Source of the DNA: Marsupella aquatica
Lineage: Eukaryota; Plantae; Marchantiophyta
Length of the DNA: 64,000 nucleotides
Direction of reading: 5' to 3'
Assembly: GCA_973895155.1 (NCBI GenBank)
Contig: OZ316891.1
Coordinates: 20,162,169-20,226,168 of the forward strand
A program made the translations under genes and the position numbers. The notes beneath the pieces are model-generated. The model did not search any database. It was not told the DNA's origin and worked only from the letters and a program-made list of their open reading frames with translations. Positions 13,291-26,735 of this stretch are shown in pieces (position 1 is the stretch's first letter; the number at the start of each line of letters is the position of its first letter).

Positions 13291-15532
13291 TGATGTGAAA
13301 GGCAGCTACACCATACGTAAGTCAAAGTAGTTTGGGGCAACGCATTTGGACCAGGGCAACACAGCTAGAGTGAGGCCCCACAGCGCGCCTGGACTAAAGC
13401 TCTGCATCCAAATTTGTATCGGGTAGCGCAAAGTGCACCTGTTCCCAAAATATGTAGCACTCTGCACTCGAATGGCACCGTCACCGCGCCTGAGTAGCAC
13501 TGATTTATGAGTGATCTCAAGGAGATAGTAGGTGTGTTGCAAAGTGGGTAATGCAGGCTATCCAGGGAGAAAGTTAATTCCCGGGTTGCTACATACTTAC
13601 ACTGCTAGACCTGAGCACTAAGTAGGGCATAACTTTTGACAGTAAACTTTGTTTGGAGACTTTGAGACCTCATTGCAATCAACATTTGGGAGCCAAACAA
13701 GAGGGCAGGTACAACAAACCTTGTTAAGCCTTCTTGTCGTGTACACAAGAGGGCAGGTCCAACAAACCATGTTAGCATTCTTGTCGGGGGCCAAAAATAT
13801 AATAAACCAAAGTTGGTCCAAGGGTGGCAAGTCCCTAGAAATGGTTTCTCTATACACTAGAAGTGTATATGAGACCCTACAAGGACTAGCAAGCTCCTTG
13901 CAAGAAAGCCCTAGGTTGGTTGGCTCCGAAGCTTGAGTCAGCTAAGGGAGGCTAGTTCCGCTTTGCGTTGAGGACGCCCAATTGATAGTTGCGCCATTCC
14001 CAGATCTACATTGTGAGACACACAAGTGACCTAGCACTACTGCACTTGTTGCAAAGCTAGCGATGAAGGTTATAAGGCAAAGGGATCCCTTGGGAAGGGG
14101 ACAATGTGCAACATTATGAGTATTGTTAGATCTGGCCTGGTTTAAAGAGCACCCTGGGAGTGCATTGCATGCTATCAACATGTAAATTTTGGTTCTCATG
14201 CATAAAACAACATAATCTGTGTGGTAATCATATAGGGACTTTGGTTGGGACAATTTGAAAGCCCAAAGATATGTGTATATATAAACTTTCTCCAATGGGT
14301 TTGCTCAGTTACTTTCTCATAGTTTGAATGTTTTGTGATCCTAGTGTAGTGCTCCCCACCATATGCAACAATTGGTGCTCCTGGCCCCACTACATGACTA
14401 CCACTAGATGGTTGACTAGGGTTCACTAGTGGCCCAAAGACTAGGTTTGGTCGCTTGGGGTTCCTGGTGGTTGCTTGGCTGCAGTGTAGTGTCCTGCCAT
14501 TTCTCCCTAGCCATTGGGGCTTGTTTTATTTGTCACCATTGGTTTAGCAGCGGGTGTCATTGAATGTATTTGGTGCACTATTACATTTCACAAAAAAAGG
14601 AAAAAAAATTTAAAATATGTTGGGGTCTATTGGAGATAAGGGGAAAAAAGTTTTAAATATGTTGGGGTCTATTGGAGACAAGGTTTGGTTTTGTTGAGCC
14701 AAAAAACTTTCCCAGGTGTGTCTATTAAGCAGTTCTCTTGTAGTATCTTCAAATTGAATACTAGCTCTCTCCAAAGTGTGACAATAACTGGGTGTCTCGC
14801 CCTCTTTTTTGGCCCCTTGGGATTGTTTTCCTTGTCTCTGCTAGTTTTCACTGAGGGTGCCATTGAATTCATTTCGTGCACGACACCTGTCGCAGTATCT
14901 CCAATTTGAATGTCAACTTTCTCCAAAGAGTGACAATTGCTCAGCGTCCTGCCATTTCTTCTAACCCTCAAGGGTTCATGATGGTTGCTTGACGGTGTTA
15001 GGGGTAACATTAGTTTTGGGTTAGGTTCTTGATGCTTAGGCTAAACCGTCATTAGGGTGTTAGGGTGACGATTAGCCATGACTCTCGCATCTAGTATATA
15101 GAGGGGCTAGGGAGAGCTCGTCTTGGAGACTCATGCTCATTGTTGAGGGAGCTAGCTAGGTGCTAGGAGGAGAGCTTGTGCAAGGAGTCTTTGTGTGGCC
15201 ATGGTGACCAAAGCTTAGTAAAGCTCTTATGTGTTTCCATAGACATAGCCTTGACAAAGGTGAACCATGTATCTCTTGGTGTCGGTGTGTGCATGTTTGT
15301 TGGTTGTTTTGTGAGGTTTTTCCAACAGGCGGCGCTACTGTGTCCTGCCCTTTTCCCTTCCACTTAGGATTCTTTTTCTTGTCTCCACTGATTTTGCAGG
15401 GCTCATTGAATATGCTAGCTTCATTGCCCAAGCATTGCTCAGACCCACTGTTGCTTCCCCACTCTACTGTGCCCTCACCCTGAAACTTGCAGACACCTGC
15501 AGTCGTGGTCTAGAGGCTGCACTCTAGAGAAT

Positions 15533-15660
15533 ACGCCCCAAGAGTGTAGCTTTGGATCGTGAATAATTAATTAGATTTGGTGCATTGTCACCTTACACCC
15601 CAAGAGTGTAGCTTTGGATTGTGAATAATTAATTAGATTTGGTGCATCGTCACCTTGCAC
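15533..15660. repeat. About 62-bp direct tandem duplication
   Basis: ccccaagagtgtagctttggat(c/t)gtgaataattaattagatttggtgcat(t/c)gtcacctt twice. Confidence 0.85.
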
Positions 15661-15894
15661 TGAAAAAAATAGATATGAAAATTAGAGTTTCTCATAAAGT
15701 GGTCAATTCAGGGTGAGTCCACCTTTTATCTCTCTCAAATTCAGGTTAACACTCAAACACAGCTTCAACAACTCACGTTTAGATTACAGGCTCAAACTAC
15801 AAGAAGGCCTCCCAGAGTTGCTTCACCCTAAGTCATTGATTGGGTCCTTTCCCTGAGGGTCATGTCTCCGGTTGGGCGCCCTTTGTTTTTTGGC

Positions 15895-16500
15895 AATGTG
15901 ATATATATTAAGTATGGGGTAATGACGGTTTGGTCTGGGGTTACTAGTTTGTAACCCTATGACCCAGAAAGTGAGAAATGCTGACCGGTGGCATCCGGGA
16001 AGTTTTTCTGAGCTTTGTGGGAACAGGGTTTAGACAGTAACCCCAGCCCACACAGTCATTATCATACATAATTCCTATCAGGAAGAAAGGTTATCGGAGT
16101 GTAACCTTTTCTACTAGGTGCCACCATTTCCATAACCCTATGCCCAGAAAGTCTTGCCCGGTAATCTTTTTCAGGGTAGGTATGACGTATGATAATGGCA
16201 GTTTGGATTGGGGTTCTAGTCTAAGACCTGTTCTCACAAAGCTCAGAAAAAATTCTCGACTGCTGTTGATCAACATTTCCTCACTTTCTGTCACAGGGTT
16301 ACATACTAGTAACCCCAGACCAAAGAGTCATTACCCTATACATATATCCCACTTTCTAGTCATAGGGTTACATACTAGTAACCCCATACCAAACAGTCAT
16401 TACCCTATACATATACTTGCCCCAAAAAAATTTACCAGTCAAGACTTTGGAAATAGTGGCACCTAGTATCATTACCCTATACATATACCTGCCCGGGAAA
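15895..16500. mobile_element. Foldback/MITE-like long inverted repeat with duplicated right arm
   Basis: About 15900-16097 is the imperfect reverse complement of about 16157-16350 (ggtaatgac..tttggtctggggttactagt vs actagtaaccccagaccaaa..gtcattacc). The right end is re-duplicated at about 16360-16490. Confidence 0.7.
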
Positions 16501-16585
16501 AAGATTACCAGTCAAGACTTTGGAAATAGTGGCAGATTACCAGACTTTGGAAATAGTGGCACCTAGTAGAAAAGGTTACACAAGT

Positions 16586-16712
16586 AACCTTTGTTCGTGG
16601 AAGTACGAGTTCGAAACAAGACTAACCTTTGTTCGTGACAGGAAAAGTACGAGTTCCAAACAAGACCAACCTTTGTTCGTGACAGGAAGTGCGAGTTCCA
16701 AACAAGACAACT
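16586..16712. repeat. About 40-44-bp tandem repeat x3 just upstream of SPT6
   Basis: aacctttgttcgtg..ggaa(aa)gt(a/g)cgagttc(g/c)aaacaagac three times. Confidence 0.85.
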
Positions 16713-16879
16713 TGGTGACGGAGAGAGTTGCTCCACACCGCTAGAGAGCTCTTTGTTATTTCACTCAGGTTGTGACTTAATAGTAGTGCGGGGGGGAGGG
16801 AGGTCCCTGGCGGACGGACGGACAACAATTTTTTCGGGAGCCCTTGCTTGGCTCAGGAATCTGCCCCCGAGGACGAGCT

Positions 16880-19800
16880 ATGGCGAAGGGGCAAATTTCC
16901 GATGACGAGGAGGAAGAGGAGGAGTTCGAAGAAGGGGAGGATCTTCAGGACGCCGAGGGAGGCGAAGACGGGGGTTCGGATGAGGAAGACGAAGGTGGAT
17001 TGACAGTTTTGACTGGAGATGTTTTTGGGTGACATGTTTTCTTACGGTGGACTTTGCCTTTTTGTTGGTCGAATTGTAGTTATCCTAATTGCAATTTTCG
17101 GGGGTTGGGGATGCAGAGGAGGGCCAGGATGAGTATGAGAAGGATGGTTTTATAGTGGACGAGGATGAGGACGAGGAGCCCGAGGAAGAGGAGCAACAAA
17201 GGAGCAGCGACGAAGAAGCCAAAGCTCGGAAGAAGAAGAGGAAGAAAAGGTACTAATCTACTGCGCGTGTCCGGAACAATTTATTCGTTTCGATTGCGGT
17301 TGGCTTGCGCTGTGTTGAAAAATGATTAAGTCACCGTTATATTCCTCAACTTAGGGTTTCTCTCTAAGCTCGACGGTTCTCCATCCGACGGAGTCCTCAT
17401 GCATTTCTGAACTTGCTGATAGGAACGAAGAGGAAGATGAACTCGACGAGGACGACTATGAGCTCCTTAGGGAGCACAATGTCTTTCATCGCCCAAAATC
17501 TGTGAGTTCGTTGCTGGAAGTTCTTGAGCCCCCGTTAATCTCATGTGTTGGTCGGCAAAGTGCCCTTTCCACACTTCAGCTGCGCTTGAATCTTGACGTT
17601 TTTGTCAGCTAACTAGCTAAGTAATCAATGGCACGCAGGGTAACAAAACAAAGTTTAAGCGGTTGAAAAAGGCCGGCAAACAAGGTGTAGTTGACGATCG
17701 GCGACCCAGAGGGGGGCTGTCGGATGACGAGGAGGAGGAGGAAGAAGGTGGTAGGCGAGGTCGCACTGCGGAGGAGGAGCTCAAGCGGTCATTATTTGGC
17801 GATGATGAGGGTGAGTCTATTGTGTATTCTGTAGGCACGCCAGTTGTGACGAGGGACTAGGGTTGTCTTAGCCTGCAATAATCCGTCTTACATGACATTT
17901 TGTGTAGGTGTACCCCCTGATGATGTCGGGGAGGAGGAAGAAGAACCGGAGGAAGAAGAGGAAATTGGGGAAGAAGATGACGAAATGGCAGATTTCATTG
18001 TCGATGAAGAAGAAGGCGAGGATGAAGGCCAACCTTTTCGGTAAGTGAGGCTAGTGCGTCATTTAGGATGTCTACACACTTTCGTTTTTGTTTTGACCTC
18101 TTTGCATTGTATGTTCCTTATTTTCTTATCAAGTATTTGAACCTTTCGGGCAGACGGAAGAAAGCGAAAAAGAAGAAGGCACCGAGGCAAGCTCCAGGAA
18201 TCTCATCTTTTGCACTTCAAGAAGCCCAAGACATTTTTGGAGATGTCTCGGCGCTCTTGGATGCCAGACGGCAGCAGGAGTTGGAAGCGCATAAGGCAGA
18301 GATGGATCTCGAAGGGGATGAGGATGAATTTGGAAGAAAGAAGTCAAGTAAATTACTGGAGAAGCAATTCGAGCCTAGTTTACTCGAAGAGAAATTTATG
18401 ACGGAGAAAGATGATCAAATTCGTGACATTGATGTAGCTGAAAGACTCCAAGTAAGCCGTCCTGCATCTATCGGGGATATAATTGCACCCAAAAGTCGTT
18501 TCTTTACCGTTGGTCGTTTTATTACTTCGTTGCAGGGTTATCCTCCGGCGTTACCGAGTACTGTTTCAGTTGTACCTGGACCTCTTTAGCGTCATCCACC
18601 ATTTGATTTTTCGATATACAATTATGACTGTTGGCCGTCAAATTGACCTCAGGTTTTGGAGGAGATGGTGGGATCATTCCCTCCAGCAGAGACTGTATCT
18701 AAGGGAGCTTCATGGATTTATGAACGGGCCTTTGGCAAAGATGCATTCTGGAAAGTTCCAGGATTCGAGAGTATTGTACGAGTGGACAAGGAAGAAATAG
18801 TGAAACAAATTGCCTCTGTTCTTCATCTAGTACACGAAGAGAAACTTGAGGTCTCCCTTTCTCACCTTTCATGAACTATTTGGTTTGTCAGCCATATCCA
18901 AAATTTTCAAAATGGGCTCGCAGTGCAGATTCTATAATGAACCTTGAGAGAATGTTAAAGTCGGTCTCAAAGCCAGGTTTGCTCCTATTTCTTGCGAAGT
19001 GATGTCTCAGAGACATTTTGCCTGTGCTTCCCTGCAGCTGCCCTTTATAGCGATGTACAGGAAGGAACGGTGCCTGGACCTCTTGCAGGAACCCGAAGAC
19101 CAGTACGGGGATTCAAGTGGTGATGGAAGGCCAAAGTTAATTCGTTACGAGGTCCGTGCCCTAGTTTCCATTGGTGTTTGGTTGTTACTGAGGTGATCAG
19201 CCCGTATTTGTAGTTTGTGGACGTGCTTGAGTACCTGACAAGTCGAGAGGTGTCCGTAATCTTCCAGGCATTATGGGCAGTTCAACACTGGGACAAGAAA
19301 TGGCTGCTCTTACGTCGGAGGAAACTTGGCCTTGAAGGAATCTACGAGAAGCGCAAACTTTATGAGTCTCGTAGAGGCAATTCAAAAGAGGATCTGTTTC
19401 AGTCAATTCTCGAAGCACTCAGGGAAGCTGAATCAGAGCAGGCCGTAGATGATGTGGATGCAAAGTTCAACCTGCATTTTCCTCCAGATGAGATTGATGT
19501 GGAGCCAGGCCAATTTAAAAGACCAAAGCGAAGGTCTTTCTACAGTATGTGTCGCAAAGCTGGCTTGGGGGTCGTTGCAAGCCGTTTTGGACTGAGCCCT
19601 GAAAAGTTTGGGGAGAACATTTCAGTCATGTACAAGGTCAGCAAATTTGACAGAGTTGGGCAATAACTGGTTGGTGTAGCAGGAGGATAAGACAAATACG
19701 TGTTTTGGTTACTGTGATGCTTGCTGGATTGACCTCAATGCCTAATGAGAGGGGTTGTCTTGCATTTTTCAGAGGCATGAGGTTGAGGATGACGCGTTAG

Positions 19801-22800
19801 AACCCCTAGAAGTTGCAAGCGCGCATCTGGGAAGTGAATTTAGGGATCCAATATCAGTTCTGAAAGGTGCGAGGCACATGGTAAGTTTGCTTCTGTTACG
19901 TGTTAGTGCTGAAAATTACAGACTTGGAAATGAAATAGTCTAATCTCCCCCCCCCCCCCCCCCCCCCCTCCCAATCTACGGCACTGATGAAATGTCTGGC
20001 TTGTTGTAGGTTGCTGTGGAGATTAGCACTGAGCCACCAGTCCGTGAGTACGTTCGCCATGTTTATATAGAGAAGGCTGTTATCAGTACAAAGCCTACTC
20101 TGGAGGGAAACACGGTGATAGATGCATTCCATCAGTATTCTGGTGTGAAGTGGCTTCGAAATAAGCCTGCAGATAAATTTGACGATGCACAGTGGCTGCT
20201 TATACAAAAGGCTGAAGAAGAAAAGCTACTTGAAGTGACAATTGGACTTGCGAAGACGGATGTCACGGATAATTTGATGCCAGAGTTTGAAAGACTGTAC
20301 CTCAGTGATGGGGTCAGTGCTACAGCTCAACTTTGGAATGAGCAGAGGAAGCAGATTCTAAGCGATGCGTTGCTGCAAATGCTTCTCCCAGCAATGGAAA
20401 AAGAATTGAGGATGCTGTTAAGTTTACGAAGCAAGCAATGGGTGGGAGCACAGTGCGCAACAGAGTTGTGGAACAAGGTTTCAGTAGGACCGTATGTTGA
20501 TCAAGATCCAGAGAAGCGAGATGAATCTTTTGACCACGATGGATTGGCCCCAAGGGTCATGGCCTGCTGTTGGGGCCCTGGCAAGCCTGCAACAACGTTT
20601 GTGATGTTGGATTCTGCTGGGGAAATTGTTAACATTCTCTACACAGGATACCTGACTATTCGTGATGAAGAGCGGAAAAAACAGGATCAGGAAAAACTCT
20701 TAGATTTTGTCATGGAAAATCAGCCCCATGTGGTTGTGTTAGGTGCTACTAATCTACAGTGTCGACGAATTCGAGATCAAATTTTTGAGGTAGGAATGAT
20801 TTTTTTAAACAGTGGTACATTGTTGTGGCATGGCTGATGATCCTGCAAGCGTATGCTCATGTCTCTTCATTTTGGTAGATACGACTCTGAGCATAACCGT
20901 GGTCAATATGTCCAATTGAATCCAGTTAGTGGTACCGGTTCACCTGCATGCTGCCAAGCATGCCAATGTTCCGTTTCCAGTGAATGTACTTACTCTCATT
21001 TGTTTGACAATTTTGACCCTTTCTTTTTCAGGTCATCTTCAAGATTGTTGAAGAGCATCCTCGTGACTTGGCAGAGGGTTTGAATACCATTGGAGTTGTG
21101 TTTGGTGACGAGACGATTCCTTCGCTTTATGAGAACTCACGTATCTCGGAGGAGCAGCTCGTAGGTCATCCTGGTATGCATTGTGCTATTCCGAGTATTT
21201 TGTTCCCAGCGATACGGCTTCCTAACGTTCTGACAGTTCATCCAGTATTAGGGTGCAAGTTGCCAGGGGCATTCGATTGAACATGAGAATGCCTTTTAAG
21301 TCTTGCAAATCAAGAGGTTGTTTTCTAGTACACGTTGGCTAGACCTTTTTTTAGGGCCTGCGCCTTAAAGCTTTGAAAGGATCTTTGACCCTGTTATACT
21401 ATCAGCTCTAGAACTAAGGTTGACTCAGCTCTTGTCCTGTGATACTTACTGTGGTTAACTATGCATACACTGCAGGCATTGTGAGACGGGCTGTTGGTCT
21501 TGGCAGGTATCTGCAGAATCCGTTGGCCATGGTAGCTACATTGTGTGGACCAGGCAAGGAGGTCCTTTCCTTAAGACTGCACTCTCTGCAGAGTTTTCTT
21601 GCACCAGACGAAGTGTATGAAACTTTAGAGCGAATAATGATTACGGTTACCAATCAAGTTGGTGTAGACGTCAATATGGCAGCATCACACGATTGGCTGT
21701 TCGCACCCCTGCAGTTTGTATCCGGTCTTGGGCCCAGAAAAGCGTCTTACGTCCAGCGTTCCATTCAAGGTGCTGGGCGTATCAGCACTCGGAGGGAATT
21801 GCTCGCAACGTTGCGTTTGATGGGGCGTAAAGTGTTTATTAACGCAGCTGGCTTTATCCGTGTCCGCGGGACTGGGCAGGCTTCCACTGGGAATCAAATT
21901 ATGGACCCATTGGATGACACCCGTATTCATCCTGAATCATATGAGCTAGCCAAAAGAATGGCAGAAGATATCTTTTGTGAAGCTGAAGGGACAAAAGCAG
22001 AAGACATGGATGAGGATGCACTTGAACTAGCAATTGAGCACGTAAAGAGGCATCCTTTACATTTAGCGCATTTGGATCTAGAGGTATATGCTACTCATTT
22101 GGCACAGAACGTATCAGTTGCCAATATGCAGACCCTGCAGATGATTCGGTCAGAGCTGCTACATGGATACCAGGAATTGCGGAATCCTTCTAAACCACTC
22201 TCTCAGGATGAGGAATTTCACTTGCTTAGCGGTGAGACCGAGGATACCCTGGCGGAGGGAAGTATTGTTCACGTAACAGTTCGGAAAATTCAGCAGAACC
22301 GTGTCATGTGTGTTTTGGAATCTGGACTCCTAGGGTTTATAAATAAAGAGGATCTTTCAGATGAAGGCAATTTGGATCCTGCTGACAGTGTCTCTGAAGG
22401 GTCAATAGTGACCTGCCGGGTTAAAGCCGTCAACAAAGCGGCTTATGGCGTGGACCTCACTTGCAAAGGGAGTGCTCTTCGATCTGAGAATTGGCCTTCC
22501 CGTCTTCCTAAAGATCCCTATTTCGTTCCAGACCTGTCAGTCTTGCGGATCGAGGAGGAGAAAGCCAAGAAGAAAAGTGAAGAGGAGAAACGAAATGCTT
22601 TCAAACCTCGCATGATCGTGCATCCTCAATTTCAGAATGTGTCGTTGGTTGATGCAGTACAGGTGTGAGCACTACCCTATGTTGGCTGTTCCGTAGTTGT
22701 CTTGAAGGATCATCTCTCGAAAACGAAGTTGAGAGGGTTGTTTTACTGCCCACGTGCAGTTATGAGTTCGTAGTTTCCTTTGTTTTGCTGTGATTTCTAA

Positions 22801-25690
22801 GATTCGACATTCTGTGTAGTGATCTTGGGAGGGGACATTGGTGTCAGTATAACTGTCTATCCACGAATATTAACTAGAGGGCAATTGCGAGGATTCCTTT
22901 TAACTGCATATTGAAGGATACATCTCACCTATATATTTGAATTGCAGGCGCTTTCGGATAAGGATGTAGGAGAGGTGATTATCCGTCCGAGCAGTAAGGG
23001 GCCTTCACATCTCTCAATGACGCTGAAGTTTTATGATGGATTATATGTTCATATAGACATCGTCGAGGGAGGGAAGGACAGTAGAGACCTGACGAGCTTC
23101 CTTCGTCTAGGAAAGACACTTACCATTGGTGACGAGACCTTTGAAGACCTTGATGAGGTAAATCGAAGACAGACGTTGTGACCCTTGCTTGTTAATGAAA
23201 CTCGAAGACGGTTGTAAATCTTCGAACAACTGCCCTGGTGCTCTACACTTTACACCAAGTATGCCGCTCTTTACGGTGGTTTTCAAATCCAGTATTCTTA
23301 CTCTAAAAGCATATTATATGCGCCACTTTCAGGATGTACTCACAGATGTCCCAATTTAATCTTTAATGTACATTATGCAGGTAATTGCAAGATACATTGA
23401 CCCGTTAGTAGGTCATTTGAAGGAAGTGCTCCGTTACAGGAAGTTTAAGCGAGGCAACAAGGCTGAAGTCGACGAGGCTTTGAGAGAAGAGAAAGCCAAA
23501 AATCCCATGCGGATACCATACTTTTTCTCAGTATGTCATGAGCATCCAGGGGCCTTCAGATTGAGTTACATCAAGAATATGCACACCGTGAGCCATGAAT
23601 ATATTTCAGTTTCTCCCAAAGGCCTCAAATTTCGGAAGAGAATTTTTGATAGTACCGACAAGCTTGTCTCATATTTTCAGAAGCATTTCAAAGAACCGAT
23701 CCCCGATGTTGCCCCACGTCGAGCAATGGCGGCAATGGTACCGCCGAGGAGCCCGGCACCAAGTGGCAGCGGAAGCTACAAGACTGGACAATGGGCCCCC
23801 CCTGCAAGATCTGGTGAAGTACCTTCATCCAGTGGTTGGGATTCCAGCAATAGCTGGGATCGAAGCGGAGGTAGGGGTAGGAGTAGTGGTTCTTGGGGAA
23901 GAGGCGTAGGGTCGGCTGGACCCAGTTCTTGGGATCAGCAAGCTCATGGAGGCACATCTTCTAGTGGTGGCTGGGCTCCGCCTGTGCAACCTCAAGGTGC
24001 TGGTGGATGGAACAATTGGGCAGGACCTACAACAGGTGGTTATGGGGGAGGCAGGGGAGCTCCTGGGCCTGCAGATGGAAGGGGTACTTGGGACAGGCAA
24101 CAACAAGGCCAGAGGGGTGGGTTCAAGTCCGGAACCAACGGTTGGGGACAAGATGGGTATTCGGACGGCCCGTCTCTTACACCGCTTTCAGGTATGGTGT
24201 TCTTCAGCATCAGGCTTGCTTTTGGCATCTTTCATGGCCAAGTATTGAGGAAACTTCCTCAGCAAAATATGAATAATCTGACTTGTGATGGTATGCAATG
24301 AGTGCAGACAGCAGCTGGGGCTCAAGAAAACCCAACAGTGCGGGAACGACATGGGATCAACCTACACCTACCCAAAGTGGGTGGGAATCAGAGCAAGAAT
24401 CTCATGGGAGAGGGAGAAGCAGCTGGGAGCAGCCAAGGGGAGATCCTCGTCGTGGAGGGGTTGATCGAGAGGGCCCCAAGACTTTGGGGAGTACCTGGGA
24501 CCAGCCTGCTACCACAGAGGCATCGTCAGGATGGGAAGCATCTGACCCACCTTCACAGAGTGGGGGCAGCAGTGCTCTATGGGAAGCCCCTCCGGTCAAC
24601 TCTACTTCAGGAAAAGGAAATGGAAGCAGTTGGGATAGTTCTGCTGCGAAGGAACCAACATCATCTGGGTGGGAAGTATCTGACGTACCCTCACAGAGTG
24701 GTGGCAGCAGTGGGCCTTGGGAAGCACAACGGCAGACTCCACGAAGAGGAGCTGGCAGCTGGGAGAAACCTGCGGAGGAACCAACGCCGAGTGACAGCGG
24801 GTGGACATCAAAAGAGCCAGAGCCTGGTTGGGCACCTGTGTCAAGTACTAAAGGTACTTTGAATTCCGCTTGGTCTTCTCTGCCTCCAGCTGCGTCCACC
24901 TTTTTGTGCATGAGGTTATCGAATTTAGTCGGCAAGGATGTACAAGTTTCTAACCCAATATTTATGTTTCTCCCCAGGTGACAGCAGCAGTTGGGATCCA
25001 AGTTCATCATTGCCTGGAGATGTTTCCCAGTCTGATGATTGGGCTTCGTCTGATGGTCTTAAGGACAAAGCCCTTGGTCGAGAACCAAAGGAGAAGACAA
25101 CATCTCAACGAGAGTGGGATACTGGAGGTGTGCGGCGGAATGGGTGGGATTCTCAGCCTGGAACTAAACCGTTCCAACCGACTGGTGGTGATCGTCAGCC
25201 TGGAGATCCACGGCGAGCAGCTAGTGGCTGGGACCAGCAGGCTCGTGGAGGTCCCAGACAGGGTGGTTGGGATCAGGCAGCTCCCAAAGTTGTCAGAAGC
25301 AGCAATTGGGATCAACCTGCAGCTTATTCCCCAGCTGCTCAAAGTGGTGCATCTTACTCGCCTACTCAAAGTGGCTGGAGCACTGACTGGGATAAGACTC
25401 CGGTGAAGACAGGCGGGGAGAGCACAGGACTGCCTTCTTCGAAGATATCACCAGAAAGTAGTAGATTAGAGAATTGGAATGGAGAGCCAGAGGCACTGAG
25501 TGGGAGGAGCAGTAGTTGGGCCAGTAAGGAACCTGGTGTACCTGGTGTATCTGACAGCAGCAATGAACCTGCTGCACCTGGAACATCAGATGTAGCTGTA
25601 GGTGGGACTGGGAGTAGAGCAGGTTACGACCCGGCAACTCGACCCTCCAAAGACCAAGCCATTCCTTGGGTCTGGTCGGGAGCAACATAA
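16880..25690 (+). CDS. SPT6: Transcription elongation factor/histone chaperone SPT6 (SPT6L-type, with WG/GW-rich C-terminal tail)
   Basis: About 17 exons from ATG 16880 (MAKGQISDDEEEE). Acidic N-terminus (DEYEKDGFIVDE), LPFIAMYRKE, YqgF-like RVMACCWGPG, HhH LQFVSGLGPRKA, LDDTRIHPESYELA, S1 domain, tandem SH2 (IIRPSSKG...FEDLDEVIARY). Last exons 23381-24191, 24308-24853 and 24978-25690 encode the GW/SW-rich tail. Confidence 0.96.
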
Positions 25691-26394
25691 ACTTACGCGT
25701 GAATGCACTTTTATACTACGAAGGCCTGGCGAGGTCGAGCAGAGTTATATACATTTCAAACGACGGACGGTTGTTATGGTGGCAACTTATTATGGGGCAT
25801 AATTTGCCCTTCCATCGCAATTGTCGCTTTGTTGGGCCTTCCTGAAGGCACTACAAACCACTGCAGTTGTTTGGGGTAATCTTTGAGGAGAGTCAGCGCT
25901 GAAGCTAGTCAACAAGTTTGTCTGTCATGGACAGAAGTCACTTGATTTTACATGAAAGTACCGCAACACATTGAAGACTACCTATCTCACAAAAATGCCC
26001 ATTGTTTTGAGATCACTGAAGGATCTTTCAAGAGAAAGTACAGCAGTCTAAGAAACGAGATGGCTGACAAAGAAATCGGGGATGGACTGTTGCTGGAGGA
26101 TCACTTGTTGATTGATAAGTGGCAATTCAATTTCTATTTATCAAATTGGCATTTGAGTGGCAAACACATGTGTCACTTAAAGATTGCTATGCAAAGCAAA
26201 CATACGTGGGTCTCACAAACGGCTGCCACTATTGTCTTACAAGTCTCAATGTGCACACATTCCGTGAGGATGGGAGGCTTGGTAGAATGTTGCCTTGAAA
26301 TCTATCATGGACAATTCTAGTGAGTCGGGTATCTTATAGCAGTGGCCACCAAATTCTTCATTGTCCACAAGGTTAGTGGGTATAGTCAAGTACA

Positions 26395-26735
26395 GGAGGG
26401 ACATTGCCCGTGTGACTTGGATTTCTTTTAATTTTTGGAATGGTTGGTAGCTGAAAACCTGATCAGGATGTACACACATGTGCTCGAGCAGCATTATGCG
26501 AGCATTTGCCCTTGTCACTAAGATATTTCTAATTTTTGGAATGTTTGGTATCTGAAAACCTGCGAACATTGCCCTTGTGACTGATTTTTCTTATTTTGGT
26601 ATGTTCGGTATCTGAAAATCTGCCCAGGAAATGCACTCAGAGCAGCATTATGCATACATTGCCCGTACGACTCTGGTTTTTCTCATTTTTGGACTGTTTG
26701 GTCTCTGAAAACCTGCCCAGGATGTTCACATCTGC
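26395..26735. repeat. Degenerate tandem repeat, 3-4 copies
   Basis: cattgccc(t/g)tg(t)gact..gatttt..tttgg.atg.t.ggt.(t)ctgaaaacctg and gagcagcattatgc recur. Confidence 0.75.

Noticed and set aside
13300-15500. Possible old LTR or DNA-TE remnant between FtsH4 and SPT6
   Set aside because: No convincing termini, TSD or coding motif by eye.
19947-19968. Long poly-C tracts (also near 27700 and 51900)
   Set aside because: Simple homopolymers; no evidence of function and lengths may be assembly-dependent.
23595-25688. Numerous alternative-frame and antisense ORFs over the SPT6 tail
   Set aside because: Shadow ORFs of GC-rich low-complexity coding sequence.
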